Source: Spirochaetia bacterium
GTDB lineage: Bacteria > Spirochaetota > Spirochaetia > CADAEX01
DNA length: 64,000 nt
Direction: 5' to 3'
NCBI GenBank assembly: GCA_963662265.2
Contig: CAXXHA010000010.1
Span: forward strand, 160,001-224,000
Positions 1-9,749 of this stretch are shown here, in pieces. The position numbers and the translations under genes were made by a program. Below the pieces are notes generated by a model. That model did not search any database and was not told where the DNA came from. It was given only the letters and a program-made list of their open reading frames with translations. How positions within the stretch are numbered: position 1 is the first letter of the stretch; each line of letters starts with the position of its first letter.

Positions 1-1
1 T

Positions 2-370
2 GTGATAAACGGTGCAGATATGATTATAAACATATCAAACGATTACTGGTCTCTCACAGAAACCGAAGGGATGCAGCATTTTGTAAACAGCCTGTTCAGG
101 GCTGTCGAAAACAGGAGACATGTTGCAAGAGGGACTGCATCAGGACTTACTGGTGTAATTGACAGGACAGGAAAAATTCTTGAGACAGTACCTTTCTACA
201 GCAGGGAATATATGAATATAGATATTCCGATCAGTAATGAAAACAACAGGTCCCTTTCATTTTACACAAGGCACGGAGACTGGTTCCCGTTTCTTTCCCT
301 GCTTGTCTTTGTTACAGCTTTTTTTCTGACCGCAATACTGGATATTCTCAGGAAAAAAACAGGACGGTAA
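2..370 (+). CDS. lnt: Apolipoprotein N-acyltransferase, C-terminal part (runs off window start)
   Basis: NISND-W...QH...RAVENRR...G.T.VID..G and FYTRHGDWF motifs typical of the Lnt C-terminus. Confidence 0.85.
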   Translation: MINGADMIINISNDYWSLTETEGMQHFVNSLFRAVENRRHVARGTASGLTGVIDRTGKILETVPFYSREYMNIDIPISNENNRSLSFYTRHGDWFPFLSLLVFVTAFFLTAILDILRKKTGR

Positions 371-377
371 AACAGGG

Positions 378-1301
378 ATGGCTGATTTTTACAGGTACAG
401 GGCAAAATCTGCACTGCATCATCACAACAGGAAAAACCTACCCTACTCCACAGACCTGAACCTTTATACAGGATGCAGCCACAGCTGCATATACTGCTAT
501 GCCGCGGCCAGGAGGATACAGAGAACAGGAAGAGACTGCGGGAAAACAGGATACAAGGAAAACATTACAGAGCTCCTTGAAAAGGAACTTTACAGCGAAG
601 ACTTCAGCCGAAAAATAATAAACATAGGGGGATCTACCGATTCCTACCAGGAGAGTGAAAGGGAAACCGGAGCAATGAGGGATATACTCAGGCTGCTGAT
701 AAAACATCGAGTTCCTGTAATAATAAGCACAAAGTCTGACCTGATACTGAGGGACATTGATCTTATCAGGGAACTTTCAGGGCTGACATATGTAAACATT
801 GCTTTTTCAATATCAACACTTAATCCTGATCATTCCGCCATATTTGAACCGGGAACACATGAACCTTTAAGAAGAATAAAAGCACTCAAGGAATTTTCAG
901 AAGCGGGAATAAATTCTGCCCTCCACTTCTTTCCTGCAATACCATTCATATCTGATACCGAGGATATGATTGAATCGGTGGTATCGTCAGCTGCTGATTC
1001 TGGATGCAGGTATCTCATGCCGGGGTTTCTGTATCTCACGGGAAATATCAGAAACGTCTTTTTCGAAAAGCTGAAGAAGAGAAGCCCTGAACTGGAAGAG
1101 AAAATCAGGAATGTGTATGTAAGCGGAAAACTCGATAAAGAAGTTAAATACAGTTTTTATGCAAAACTCAATAAATATGCTGCAAAATACGGAGTTGAAA
1201 CAAACTACAGGAAATTCACACCTGAAAACCTCATCCCGCCCGGAAGAAAGAATCATAAAATGGAATACAGCAGAACTGAAGGACAGCTTGAACTGTTTTA
1301 G
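378..1301 (+). CDS. Radical SAM protein, spore photoproduct lyase-like (SplB/Rv2578c) family
   Basis: LNLYTGCSHSCIYCYA CxxxCxxC motif, TDSYQ, ISTKS, C-terminal QLELF. Confidence 0.8.
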   Translation: MADFYRYRAKSALHHHNRKNLPYSTDLNLYTGCSHSCIYCYAAARRIQRTGRDCGKTGYKENITELLEKELYSEDFSRKIINIGGSTDSYQESERETGAMRDILRLLIKHRVPVIISTKSDLILRDIDLIRELSGLTYVNIAFSISTLNPDHSAIFEPGTHEPLRRIKALKEFSEAGINSALHFFPAIPFISDTEDMIESVVSSAADSGCRYLMPGFLYLTGNIRNVFFEKLKKRSPELEEKIRNVYVSGKLDKEVKYSFYAKLNKYAAKYGVETNYRKFTPENLIPPGRKNHKMEYSRTEGQLELF

Positions 1302-1452
1302 CAGCAATAATCAGGCATTCAGAATATTTATATATTCAAAGAGCCTTGAAATCCTGAATCTTTAAAAGCCTGTCACACTTGATAAAATATCAATTACTAT
1401 TTATTTTTAAGTGTGAGAAACAGTCACAAACAGATCAAAACAGGGAAGAATA

Positions 1453-1968
1453 ATGGGCGAAAAACTATATTTTACTTATAACGACATACATAAAACAATA
1501 AAAAAACTCTCTATAGAAATTTCAGAATCAGATTTCAAACCTGACCTCATGGTTGCGATAGGAACAGGGGGATTTATCCCGGCACGAATCATGAAAACAT
1601 TCCTTAACCTTCCTATCCTCACAGTCGGAATCAAGTACTATGACAGCAACAACAAGATTCAGAGTGAACCTGAAAAAATCCAGTGGATCGATGAGGTGGA
1701 AAAAAGGCTCAAGGGGAAAAAAATACTTCTGGTCGATGAAGTTGATGATTCCCGTTCAACCCTGGAATACTGCCTGAGAGAGCTCCTCAAGCATGAACCA
1801 GAGGAAATCGCAGTTGCAGTGCTTCACCAGAAAGACAAGGAAAAGGCAGGTGTAATACCTGAGGAAATAAACAGATACTTCACAGGGGAAACAATACCTG
1901 ATTACTGGTGCTGCTACCCGTGGGATGCAGATGACATCGATATGCATGACAGCTCAAGCAGGAAATAA
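1453..1968 (+). CDS. Purine (xanthine/hypoxanthine) phosphoribosyltransferase
   Basis: AIGTGG, PRPP-binding ILLVDEVDDSRSTL, W..YPW. Confidence 0.85.
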   Translation: MGEKLYFTYNDIHKTIKKLSIEISESDFKPDLMVAIGTGGFIPARIMKTFLNLPILTVGIKYYDSNNKIQSEPEKIQWIDEVEKRLKGKKILLVDEVDDSRSTLEYCLRELLKHEPEEIAVAVLHQKDKEKAGVIPEEINRYFTGETIPDYWCCYPWDADDIDMHDSSSRK

Positions 1969-1977
1969 TATTTAAGA

Positions 1978-2014
1978 TTTTCCGGATTATCTATAAACAG
2001 GATAATCCGGAAAA
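1978..2014 (+). terminator. Terminator-like hairpin after the PRTase gene
   Basis: TTTTCCGGATTATC-loop-GATAATCCGGAAAA, perfect 14-bp stem. Confidence 0.55.
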
Positions 2015-2339
2015 AACTGCCCCAGAAAAAGCACCACCATTCACCCGGTTCTGATCCCATCTGAATCAAAACATTCTGAAACTTTTTTACAGATCTTTCC
2101 CTTTTTACTGATAGCTTTACAGCTTCTTTACAGAACCCCCTTGTAACAGGTCTGCATTTTTTTCAAGCATCGCAACACTACCTTTATATTTTATCCGCCC
2201 TTGGGCAGGAACTTCTTCTTTACAGGACAGGAGGGGAAATAACGCAGACTGAAAACTTCAGCAAAATAACAGATCAGGAAAACTTCTTGTAAAAAAAACT
2301 TATTCACATGTTATTATTGGAAAAACAGGGGGATGAGAA

Positions 2340-2660
2340 ATGATAGATATTAATCTTGATTCGATTAAAGAACGGGAAGTTGTAAAGGGATTCAGGGGAA
2401 GATTTATCCATTCCGAGAGCATGACACATGCCTACTGGAACATTGATAAGGGAGCCGACCTCCCTGAACACGCTCATGTTCATGAACAGGTTGTAAACAT
2501 TCTTGAAGGGGAATTCGAACTTACAGTTGGAGGAGAAAAAAAGATTATCAAACCGGGCGACATTGTGGTTATCCCGTCCAATATACCCCATACAGGAAGA
2601 GCAATAACTAACTGCAGAATACTTGATGTGTTTTCACCTGTGAGAGAGGATATGAAGTAA
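2340..2660 (+). CDS. Cupin domain protein
   Basis: PEHAHVHEQ...GE...PGD...IPSNIPH cupin motifs. Confidence 0.85.
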   Translation: MIDINLDSIKEREVVKGFRGRFIHSESMTHAYWNIDKGADLPEHAHVHEQVVNILEGEFELTVGGEKKIIKPGDIVVIPSNIPHTGRAITNCRILDVFSPVREDMK

Positions 2661-2685
2661 ACAGTCCCGGACTTTCCTTGCAGTG

Positions 2686-2707
2686 TTATCACGCAATACA
2701 GACAATT
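2686..2707 (+). repeat. 22-bp direct repeat, copy 1 (downstream of integrase)
   Basis: TTATCACGCAATACAGACAATT vs TTATCATGCAATACAGACAATT at 3619-3640 (21/22). Confidence 0.85.
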
Positions 2708-2742
2708 TGGATTTTAAGACTTATCAGGAAATACACATAACT

Positions 2743-3543
2743 CTATAACGGGCTCTTCACCCTCTTTGATACAGGGTCTGCAAGGTTTATATAGATCATT
2801 GTTGTCTTGACCGATTTATGCCCCAGAAGATCCTTAACTGTCTTGATATCAATCCCGGCCTCTATCAGGTGCGTGGCGAAACAATGCCTGAGAGTATGGC
2901 AGGTTGCACTTTTCTGAATCAAACTCTTATTGAGAGCATTCTCGAATATTTTCTGGACCGTCCTTACAGAATATTTCTTCCCTGAAATTGTCCTGAAAAC
3001 ATAATCAGAAGCATTTCTCCCTGCAGTAAGCTGTCTTAAAGATTCTGAATACTTTTCCGAAAGAAGAGTAATCCTGTCCTTGTTCCCCTTGGAATCCCTT
3101 ATCTTAAGCGATAAGTCATTGAAATTAATATCCCTTATTTTTATTCTGCAGACCTCACTCACACGGAGACCGCTGCCGTAAAGAAGGGAGATAATAAGCT
3201 GATGCTTTTTGTTCTCAATATTTCCTAGAAGCTTAAGGACCTCCTCCCTTGAAAGAATATCGGGAAGCCTTTTCCTTGTTCTTACCCTGTCAAGCTTATA
3301 AGGACAGGGCTTGTCCAGTACAAGAGTATAAAACAGCTTTATCGCTGACCAGGCAAGCCTTCTCTGCTCACTCGAACTCTCTTCATTTTCAAGAAAAAGA
3401 GCAATCCTCCTTTCAGGATCAAAATCAGTTTTCCGGGAATATTCAAGAAAATGCTTCAGATGACCCGTATAAATCCTTACAGTATTTTTCGAATAATTCC
3501 GGTTCTTAAGCTCCCTTGTAAAATCTTCAAGATAATTTTTCAT
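2743..3543 (-). CDS. IntI-like tyrosine recombinase lacking the IntI-specific insertion (266 aa from the RBS-supported ATG)
   Basis: N-terminal RNYSKNTVRIY SAM-like domain; catalytic GLRVSE, SKGNKDR, HTLRH, LGH, TMIY; IntI-like C-terminal KSPL; only ~64 aa between catalytic K and HxxR. Confidence 0.92.
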   Translation of the reverse strand: MKNYLEDFTRELKNRNYSKNTVRIYTGHLKHFLEYSRKTDFDPERRIALFLENEESSSEQRRLAWSAIKLFYTLVLDKPCPYKLDRVRTRKRLPDILSREEVLKLLGNIENKKHQLIISLLYGSGLRVSEVCRIKIRDINFNDLSLKIRDSKGNKDRITLLSEKYSESLRQLTAGRNASDYVFRTISGKKYSVRTVQKIFENALNKSLIQKSATCHTLRHCFATHLIEAGIDIKTVKDLLGHKSVKTTMIYINLADPVSKRVKSPL

Positions 3544-3590
3544 GAAAAACGACCCCCTAGTATGTATAACAAGGGAAAAAGTAATTCTGC

Positions 3591-3619
3591 TTGAATTATA
3601 CACCCGCAGACTTTAAAAT
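3591..3619 (+). promoter_or_regulatory. Pc-like promoter facing the cassette array
   Basis: TTGAAT-17 bp-TAAAAT, ending ~25 bp before the first GTT; a divergent TATAAT (3595-3600, - strand) could serve the integrase. Confidence 0.55.
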
Positions 3620-3647
3620 TATCATGCAATACAGACAATTATAGTTA
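3619..3647 (+). other. Putative attI-like primary site: direct repeat copy 2, then ATA, then first GTTA (3644-3647)
   Basis: The first GTTA of the array is not preceded by a spacer hairpin; lies between the integrase start and cassette C0. Confidence 0.55.
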
Positions 3648-3866
3648 TCGTAAATGACAGGCCTTTGGAAATTTAGAAAGTCATTGATTCTTGACTTCTT
3701 TCTTCATGGCAAGGAACACAGCTGTATAAATTCAATTGTGAATTATGATGCTAATTATTGAAATATTAAGAATAGTTAAAATGCCGAGAATTAAATTTGA
3801 AGAAGCCATGAAGAAATTCTGACTTACATTGATTTGTAGATCTTGAAGCCTGTCACTCCCGATAAC
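3644..3866 (+). mobile_element. Cassette C0, no ORF of 60 aa or more
   Basis: Ends GTTATCGTAAATGACAGGC / GCCTGTCACTCCCGATAAC are inverted repeats (16/19); internal 12-bp IR at 3699-3710 / 3805-3816. Confidence 0.8.
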
Positions 3867-4026
3867 AGAGAATACCCGGTTCAGGCATAAGTAGTAAAAA
3901 GTATAGGGCTTAACTGCCGTTCACCCAAAATGTCGGAGCTTTTCTTGTTGCGTGTAAAATCTGGTAGGTATATGATTATTTTAATACGTGGAGAATCCGA
4001 CATCTTCGGATATTCTCAGAACGTTA
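3863..4026 (+). repeat. Spacer family A (attC-like), copy 1, 164 bp
   Basis: TAACAGAGAATACCCG...TGTCGGA...TCCGACA..CGGATATTCTCAGAACGTTA; homologous to 5035-5199 and 13663-13824. Confidence 0.9.
3948..3976 (+). promoter_or_regulatory. Putative sigma70 promoter inside spacer A copy 1
   Basis: TTGCGT-17-TATGAT; equivalent at 5121-5149 and 13746-13774. Confidence 0.55.
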
Positions 4027-4098
4027 AGTGCAATTCTTTGCTTAATATATTTTTTCCTCGCCATCCATGGCTCGGATTTAGAAAAGGAGTATTTCAAA

Positions 4099-4965
4099 AT
4101 GAAAAAAATTATTATTTATTGTTTAGCACTGTTTTTATTATTTTCATGTGCTAATAATGAATTTAATGTAGAACTTGGTATTGATGCAAACTTCATTGAG
4201 AATGATTTAAAAATTACAGGATCAACAAATCTTCCGGATGGTGCAATGATTTCATTAAATCTTAAACCACTATATGAAGAAGAAGTTTCTATTAAAGATG
4301 GAAAAATTGAACATACATTCTCTTTTAATGGAGATGCTATACCTGATGGAGATTATACACTAGAAGCAATATTTATTCCTACTCAAAACGAATCACCAAA
4401 ATTAAAAAATATGATTCTAATTGAAAATGAAAATGTATATGAAAAAGATGGAATAAAATATTATTATATCGGAAATAATTTTAATATAAACAAAGTAGTT
4501 AAAAATAAAGAGCTAAAAAATTTAATAAACAGAAAAGTTCCATATGAAAAATGGAATGATTGGGGAAATCCTGAAACTCTTGAACAAACTAACAATATTT
4601 TTTGGGCAGCATATCTCGAGAAAGCTGATATTTCTTTTATATCAAAAAAAGAGAATGATAAAATCATTTTTGCATGTAGAGGAAAAGAAAAACTAGAAAA
4701 ATATTTTACTGATCGTCAAAATAATATTGAAATTGGATTTTCTCTTTGGGATGGTTCGCATAAAAAACTTACAGAATTAATCAAACAAAGTATGAATGAC
4801 GCAAAAAGTTATGAACATGTTAAAACTGTTTACTGGGATAAAGGAGATCATTTAATAGTTAAAACAGATTTTAGGGGTGCAAATGTTTTTGGAGGTATCG
4901 TCTTAGATTCTGTTACTGCTAAGACATCTATTGATGGTGAGATCTTAGAAATAATTTCAGATTAA
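4099..4965 (+). CDS. Lipoprotein of unknown function (cassette C1, 4023-5038)
   Basis: AAGGAG RBS then MKKIIIYCLALFLLFSC signal and lipobox; the ORF-track start at 3988 lies inside the spacer. Confidence 0.8.
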   Translation: MKKIIIYCLALFLLFSCANNEFNVELGIDANFIENDLKITGSTNLPDGAMISLNLKPLYEEEVSIKDGKIEHTFSFNGDAIPDGDYTLEAIFIPTQNESPKLKNMILIENENVYEKDGIKYYYIGNNFNINKVVKNKELKNLINRKVPYEKWNDWGNPETLEQTNNIFWAAYLEKADISFISKKENDKIIFACRGKEKLEKYFTDRQNNIEIGFSLWDGSHKKLTELIKQSMNDAKSYEHVKTVYWDKGDHLIVKTDFRGANVFGGIVLDSVTAKTSIDGEILEIISD

Positions 4966-5034
4966 TTTTTTACTGCCAGAAAGTACATCCCTGTACTTTC
5001 TGGAATTTATTAAAATTCAGCAAAGAACAGCACT

Positions 5035-5199
5035 TAACAGAGAATACCACGGTTCAGGCTTAAGCAGTAGAAGCATGTAGCAAAACAGCCGTTCACCCAA
5101 AATGTCGGGACTTTTTATTGTTGCAGGTGGAATCTGTTGGGTATAAGATTAATTAAATATCTGGAGCATCCGACATCTTCGGGTATTCTCAGAACGTTA
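5035..5199 (+). repeat. Spacer family A, copy 2, 165 bp
   Basis: Same terminal IR and internal motifs as copy 1; TTGCAG-17-TAAGAT at 5121-5149. Confidence 0.9.
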
Positions 5200-5431
5200 T
5201 GTACAATGAGCCCGACAAGAGGAAGACGCCCGGACCTCCGGCCGACGGGCGAAGAGATAATATATATATGTTATATCGAAAGAAGGAGTAAAAATGAGAT
5301 TGAAGGCATTAATATTAGAGAACTTCCGAGGCTATTCTGGAGTAAATTTAATTAATTTTGAAAAAGACTGGAAATGGCAAGTCATTTTCCCCACATTTAG
5401 GAAATTAAAAATCCCCCACCTGCAGAAAAAA

Positions 5432-6172
5432 TTATACCCCCTTTTTCTCCTGAATTCTATATGAATCTCCCTCAAGGGAGAAAACATGCGCATGATGTAA
5501 AAGCCTATCAAGCATTGCTGTTGTCATGATTTCATCACCCATCATTTCAGACCACTGATCAAAACCTTTATTTGAAGTAATTATTACTGACGATCTTTCA
5601 TAGAGTTCGCTGATAAGATTAAAAAAAAGATTGGCCTCTTTTCTGTCGATAGGCGTATAGCCTATTTCATCAATAATTAGTAACGAAGATCTGAGAATCC
5701 TGTTTATTCTGAATGAACTTGATCTCATAGTTTCCATTGTTTTCAACAGTTTTATTAGTGAAGTTATCCTTTCAAAACAGACAGTGTATCCGGCTTCAAT
5801 TGCCTTGTACCCGAGAGCAATTGATAGATGTGTTTTCCCAAGGCCGGGAGGTCCAAAGAACATGATATTTTCAGATTTATCTATCCACCTGAAATCCTTG
5901 AGATTATTTAACTGTTCTTCAGTTATCCCTTTTATTCTTGAAAAATTGAATGTCTCAAGTTCCTTAATTACAGGAAAATGGGCACCTGTAAGATTTCTAT
6001 GAAGACGTCTTTCATTTCTGAAATGTACTTCTTCTGTAAGAAGGATGCTTAAAAAATCAAGATGAGATATTTTCTCCTTTGTTGCTTTTTCAAGTGCCTC
6101 ATCAAGATTAACAGATATTCCTTTAAGCTTTAGACTATCAAGTATTCCTGTACAGTAATCAAAACAGCTCAT
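5432..6172 (-). CDS. istB: IS21 helper ATPase
   Basis: GPPGLGKTHL Walker A, LLIIDEIGY, TSN, LDRLLHH, GDSYR. Confidence 0.95.
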   Translation of the reverse strand: MSCFDYCTGILDSLKLKGISVNLDEALEKATKEKISHLDFLSILLTEEVHFRNERRLHRNLTGAHFPVIKELETFNFSRIKGITEEQLNNLKDFRWIDKSENIMFFGPPGLGKTHLSIALGYKAIEAGYTVCFERITSLIKLLKTMETMRSSSFRINRILRSSLLIIDEIGYTPIDRKEANLFFNLISELYERSSVIITSNKGFDQWSEMMGDEIMTTAMLDRLLHHAHVFSLEGDSYRIQEKKGV

Positions 6173-7731
6173 AAAGCACCTCCTAAAAGACTTACAAGTG
6201 AGGTGTAGTAACTTAAATCCCTTTTCTTTACTTCTATGTTTTTATTCTCATGTTTTACAGCTTTTATTCCTGTAAGAAGCTGTGGCAGAATATCCGGATA
6301 ATTTTCAGTTTCACAGCTTCTTACATAAAGATAAGACTCTTCAAAATTCCTTGCAGATAGTGTTCCGTTTTCAATGCATAAATCTGCAGTTTTTGCTATT
6401 AACTTATCATCAGGATTTGAGTTTATGAAAGCATAAAGCTCGCGCTGCTGATCTCTGTAATACCTGCTGTATTTTTTGTAATTCTGATCAACATATTGTT
6501 TCCATGAGTTACTGCTAAATCTGTTCTTTAATTTTTTGATAACTTCATCGGGCTTGGAATCATAATTCCTGAAATGATTATGTTTGGTTATTTTTTTCCC
6601 CTTTATCGGTGAGATTTTGTGCCTGGCAATCTCTTCTCCATCTATTTTGTCATAGATAAAAAGGTCTGTATCTGTTTGGTAAATCCAGACAGTTTTTTTT
6701 CTGAACCTGTTAGGGACAGAGTAAAATGAAGATGAAACACTTATCAATGATTTACTATTTACTTCCCTTGATTCTTTATTTATGATGCTTTCCCTTCTGA
6801 AAATAGACGGCTTTAATTTTTTAAAATGTGGAATCTCTTTAAGCAAAGCTTCTTGAGGAATTATTCCAGTTGCCTGGCATATTTTACCGTTAGCTCTTCT
6901 TGAAAGCCAATTATTTAATGCCTCCTGTATTTGATCAAAGGATGTGAAATGTCTTGCTGAAAAGAAACTGCTTTTGATGAATTTCACAAAGTTTTCGACT
7001 TTACCTTTGCTCTCAGGGTCTGCTTTTCTGCAGACATACATCTTAAACCCCTGCTCATCCTTGAAGGCTTTAAATTCTTTTGTATACTTAATATCTCCGC
7101 TGTTTTCTTTAACAACCATGACTTTGTCCTGATCAATCACGATTTCTTCAGGTACCCCTCCTATTATTTCAAAGGTATCAAGTAAATGATTTATCACATC
7201 TATGGATTTAAACGGCCTCTTCTGTACTGCTGCATACTTGAATCTGCTTACAGATAGAATGACTCCAAAGATATATACTTTCTCACCGGTTTCTATTTCA
7301 GTTTCTCCGAAATCAAGCTGTAGTTGTTTTCCATGTGGAAGTTCTTCAACCGGTGTATAGATTCTCTTGTATTCGTAATTATCTACTTCTCCTGTTTTCT
7401 TTAAGAAAATGAGATAATTTCTCAAAGTCCTTTCAGTGCCGGGAAGTTCTCCATATTTTTCTTCAAGAACATCATAGATTGATGAAGTGTATATTTTATT
7501 GTTATTTAAATTAAAAATATTCAGTATTTCATCTTTGAAAGGAGCAAAAATCTTTTCCTTTTCTACACTGTTTATCTGGTATTCAAGATACTCTGCTTCC
7601 GACATTTCAAAGTATTTTCTAACTGTTTTTCTGTCGATTTTTAATTCTCTGGATATTTTCCTTTTTGAATATCCTCTATTCTTGAAAACTCTTATTTTTT
7701 GGTACATATTCATAGTAATCATTTGAGTCAT
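6169..7731 (-). CDS. istA: IS21 transposase
   Basis: N-terminal HTH (IDRKTVRKY), QLDFG, GGVPEEIVIDQ, SKGKVE. Confidence 0.95.
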   Translation of the reverse strand: MTQMITMNMYQKIRVFKNRGYSKRKISRELKIDRKTVRKYFEMSEAEYLEYQINSVEKEKIFAPFKDEILNIFNLNNNKIYTSSIYDVLEEKYGELPGTERTLRNYLIFLKKTGEVDNYEYKRIYTPVEELPHGKQLQLDFGETEIETGEKVYIFGVILSVSRFKYAAVQKRPFKSIDVINHLLDTFEIIGGVPEEIVIDQDKVMVVKENSGDIKYTKEFKAFKDEQGFKMYVCRKADPESKGKVENFVKFIKSSFFSARHFTSFDQIQEALNNWLSRRANGKICQATGIIPQEALLKEIPHFKKLKPSIFRRESIINKESREVNSKSLISVSSSFYSVPNRFRKKTVWIYQTDTDLFIYDKIDGEEIARHKISPIKGKKITKHNHFRNYDSKPDEVIKKLKNRFSSNSWKQYVDQNYKKYSRYYRDQQRELYAFINSNPDDKLIAKTADLCIENGTLSARNFEESYLYVRSCETENYPDILPQLLTGIKAVKHENKNIEVKKRDLSYYTSLVSLLGGAL

Positions 7732-9749
7732 TCCTGGTAGTTTTTGTCGTGATTACATACTAAGGTTTGACTCTTTTTTTTCCTATAGGGTGGGGAATTT
7801 TATTTTCCATCCTATGGGGATTTCATGTTACCATTTCCAAAGACCTAACATCTTTTATAGGAAAGAATGATAGTGGTAAGTCATCAATTCTTGAAGCTCT
7901 TGAGATATTTTTTAATAGTAAAGTTATTAAAATTGATGGTGATGATAAATTTGTACGTTCATTAGAAAATATTGTGAATATTGGTTGTGTTTTTACGGAT
8001 CTTCCAGAAAAAGTCATTATTGATGAAACTAATGAGACATCATTTATAGATGAATATCTTACAAATGAAAATGAGGATTTGGTTGTTTTAAAGAGATTTA
8101 AAATACAGAAAACTGCAAGTAAACCGGAAACATTTATAATAGCAAATCATCCTAGTAAAACTGGTTATGACGACTTACATAGTTTAAAAATCGGCGAATT
8201 AAAGAAGAGAGGAAAAGAATTAGGTATTAAAGATACCGTAGAAGATCAGAGAATTAGTGCTCATTGGAGAAAAGCGATTTGGTCTTCAACTGATAATTTG
8301 GAAATACAAAAATCTGAAATTGAAATTACACAATTAAGCACAGAATCAAAAAAATTATATACAAGAATAAGTGAAGCAATGCCAACATTTGCTCTTTTCC
8401 GATCAGATAGAGAAAGTAGTGACTCTGATCCCGAAGCGAAAGACCCTATGCAATTAGCAGTAAATGAAGCAAAAAAAACTTATGAAGCTCAAATTAATGA
8501 ATTACAAGAGAAAATAGAAAAAAGTGTTTTCGAGGTTGCAGAAAGAACGCTAGAAAAAATGAATGAAATGGATCCTTCTTTAGCTAATGAATTGAACCCA
8601 AGATTAAAAGAAACACCAAAATGGAGTTTTAGTTTTACAATTGATGGTGATGAAAATATTCCAATTAATAAGAGAGGTAGTGGGGTCAGGAGACTTGTTC
8701 TTTTAAATTTCTTTAGAGCAGAAGCTGAAAGAAAGAAAATTCAAAATCATTCTCCTGATGTAATATATGCAATTGAAGAACCTGAAACATCTCAGCATCC
8801 GAATTATCAGCAATTATTGATTGATTCATTGATAGCATTATCACAAAATGATAATTGTCAGGTTTTATTAACAACACATGTTCCAGCATTGGCAGAAAGA
8901 TTAGAAATTAACTCTATTAGATTTATTGAGAAAATCGGATTAGGTGAAATTAAAGTTCATATGCATAATGATTATGTTTTAGAATTAGCTACAGAAAGTT
9001 TAGGGATAATGCCTGAAAAAGAAATATCTTTAGCCAATAAAGTTATATTAGTTGAAGGTCATAGTGATATAACATTTTTGAATAAAATTAGTGAAGAATA
9101 TAAGAATGCGGGAGAAATAACGTCAACATTAAGTGATTCAAAAATATATCCAATACCTATTGGTGGATGCGGGAATCTTAAACATTGGATAACCAAACGC
9201 ATAATAGATAAAATGGGAATAGAATATTTTATTTTAATGGATTCAGATTTAGGAGATCCAGTAAATAATTCTAGAAACATTACTAAAATAAATGAAATTA
9301 ATACAAATGGTCAAATCGGATATTTAACAAATAAACGAGAACCTGAGAACTATATTGATCCAGATTTATTGAAAACAAAGTATGATAAAGATATTAGATA
9401 CACTAACACTTGTGATGCGAAAAAAATAATTGGAAAAGAATTAACAATTAGACCAAATGATGTTCTTGAGTTTATATGGCCACATATGGAATATCAGCAT
9501 ATGAAAAAAATGGCGAAATATGGTGATAAAGATGAATTCAAAGAGTGGATGGATGCGTTCTTAGAATAATGATAATATGAATATTCTAGCTAAGAAGATT
9601 ATAATGGTGAAGAATCCAAACCTCTGAAATAAAGACAAATAGAGAATGTAATTACTTTTTACAAATAGTATTGCTGACGATATTTTTAAGAATAGCTTAA
9701 ATATCTGGTAGAATACGTTCAATAACAATTAAATAAATGGTATAATTTT

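Larger units (their letters stand above)
5369..7839 (-). mobile_element. IS21-family insertion sequence, 2471 bp
   Basis: Terminal IR TGGAAATGGCAA / TTACCATTTCCA, sub-terminal repeats, 5-bp target duplication AAGAC (5364-5368, 7840-7844), istA-istB. Confidence 0.95.
5294..9569 (+). pseudogene. OLD-family ATP-dependent nuclease (ABC ATPase + TOPRIM), interrupted by IS21 after codon 25 (cassette C2, 5196-12684)
   Basis: 5294-5368 MRLKALILENFRGYSGVNLINFEKD joins in frame to 7845 LTSFIGKNDSGKS (Walker A); RGSG signature, IEEPE Walker B, TTH, TOPRIM VEGHSD and DSD. Confidence 0.88.

Noticed and set aside
1366-1385. AAGCCTGTCAC...GATAA similarity to the end of cassette C0
   Set aside because: Only an 11-bp match, with no TAAC, no spacer and no partner IR; could be chance.
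2743-3543. Calling the recombinase xerC/xerD or intI
   Set aside because: The N- and C-termini are IntI-like but the IntI insertion is missing, so neither symbol is supported.
3930-5355. ORFs 3930-4154, the 3988 extension, 5137-5355 (and 13743-13952) as a repeated small-protein family
   Set aside because: Their similarity comes from translating spacer A; frames and lengths are inconsistent between copies.
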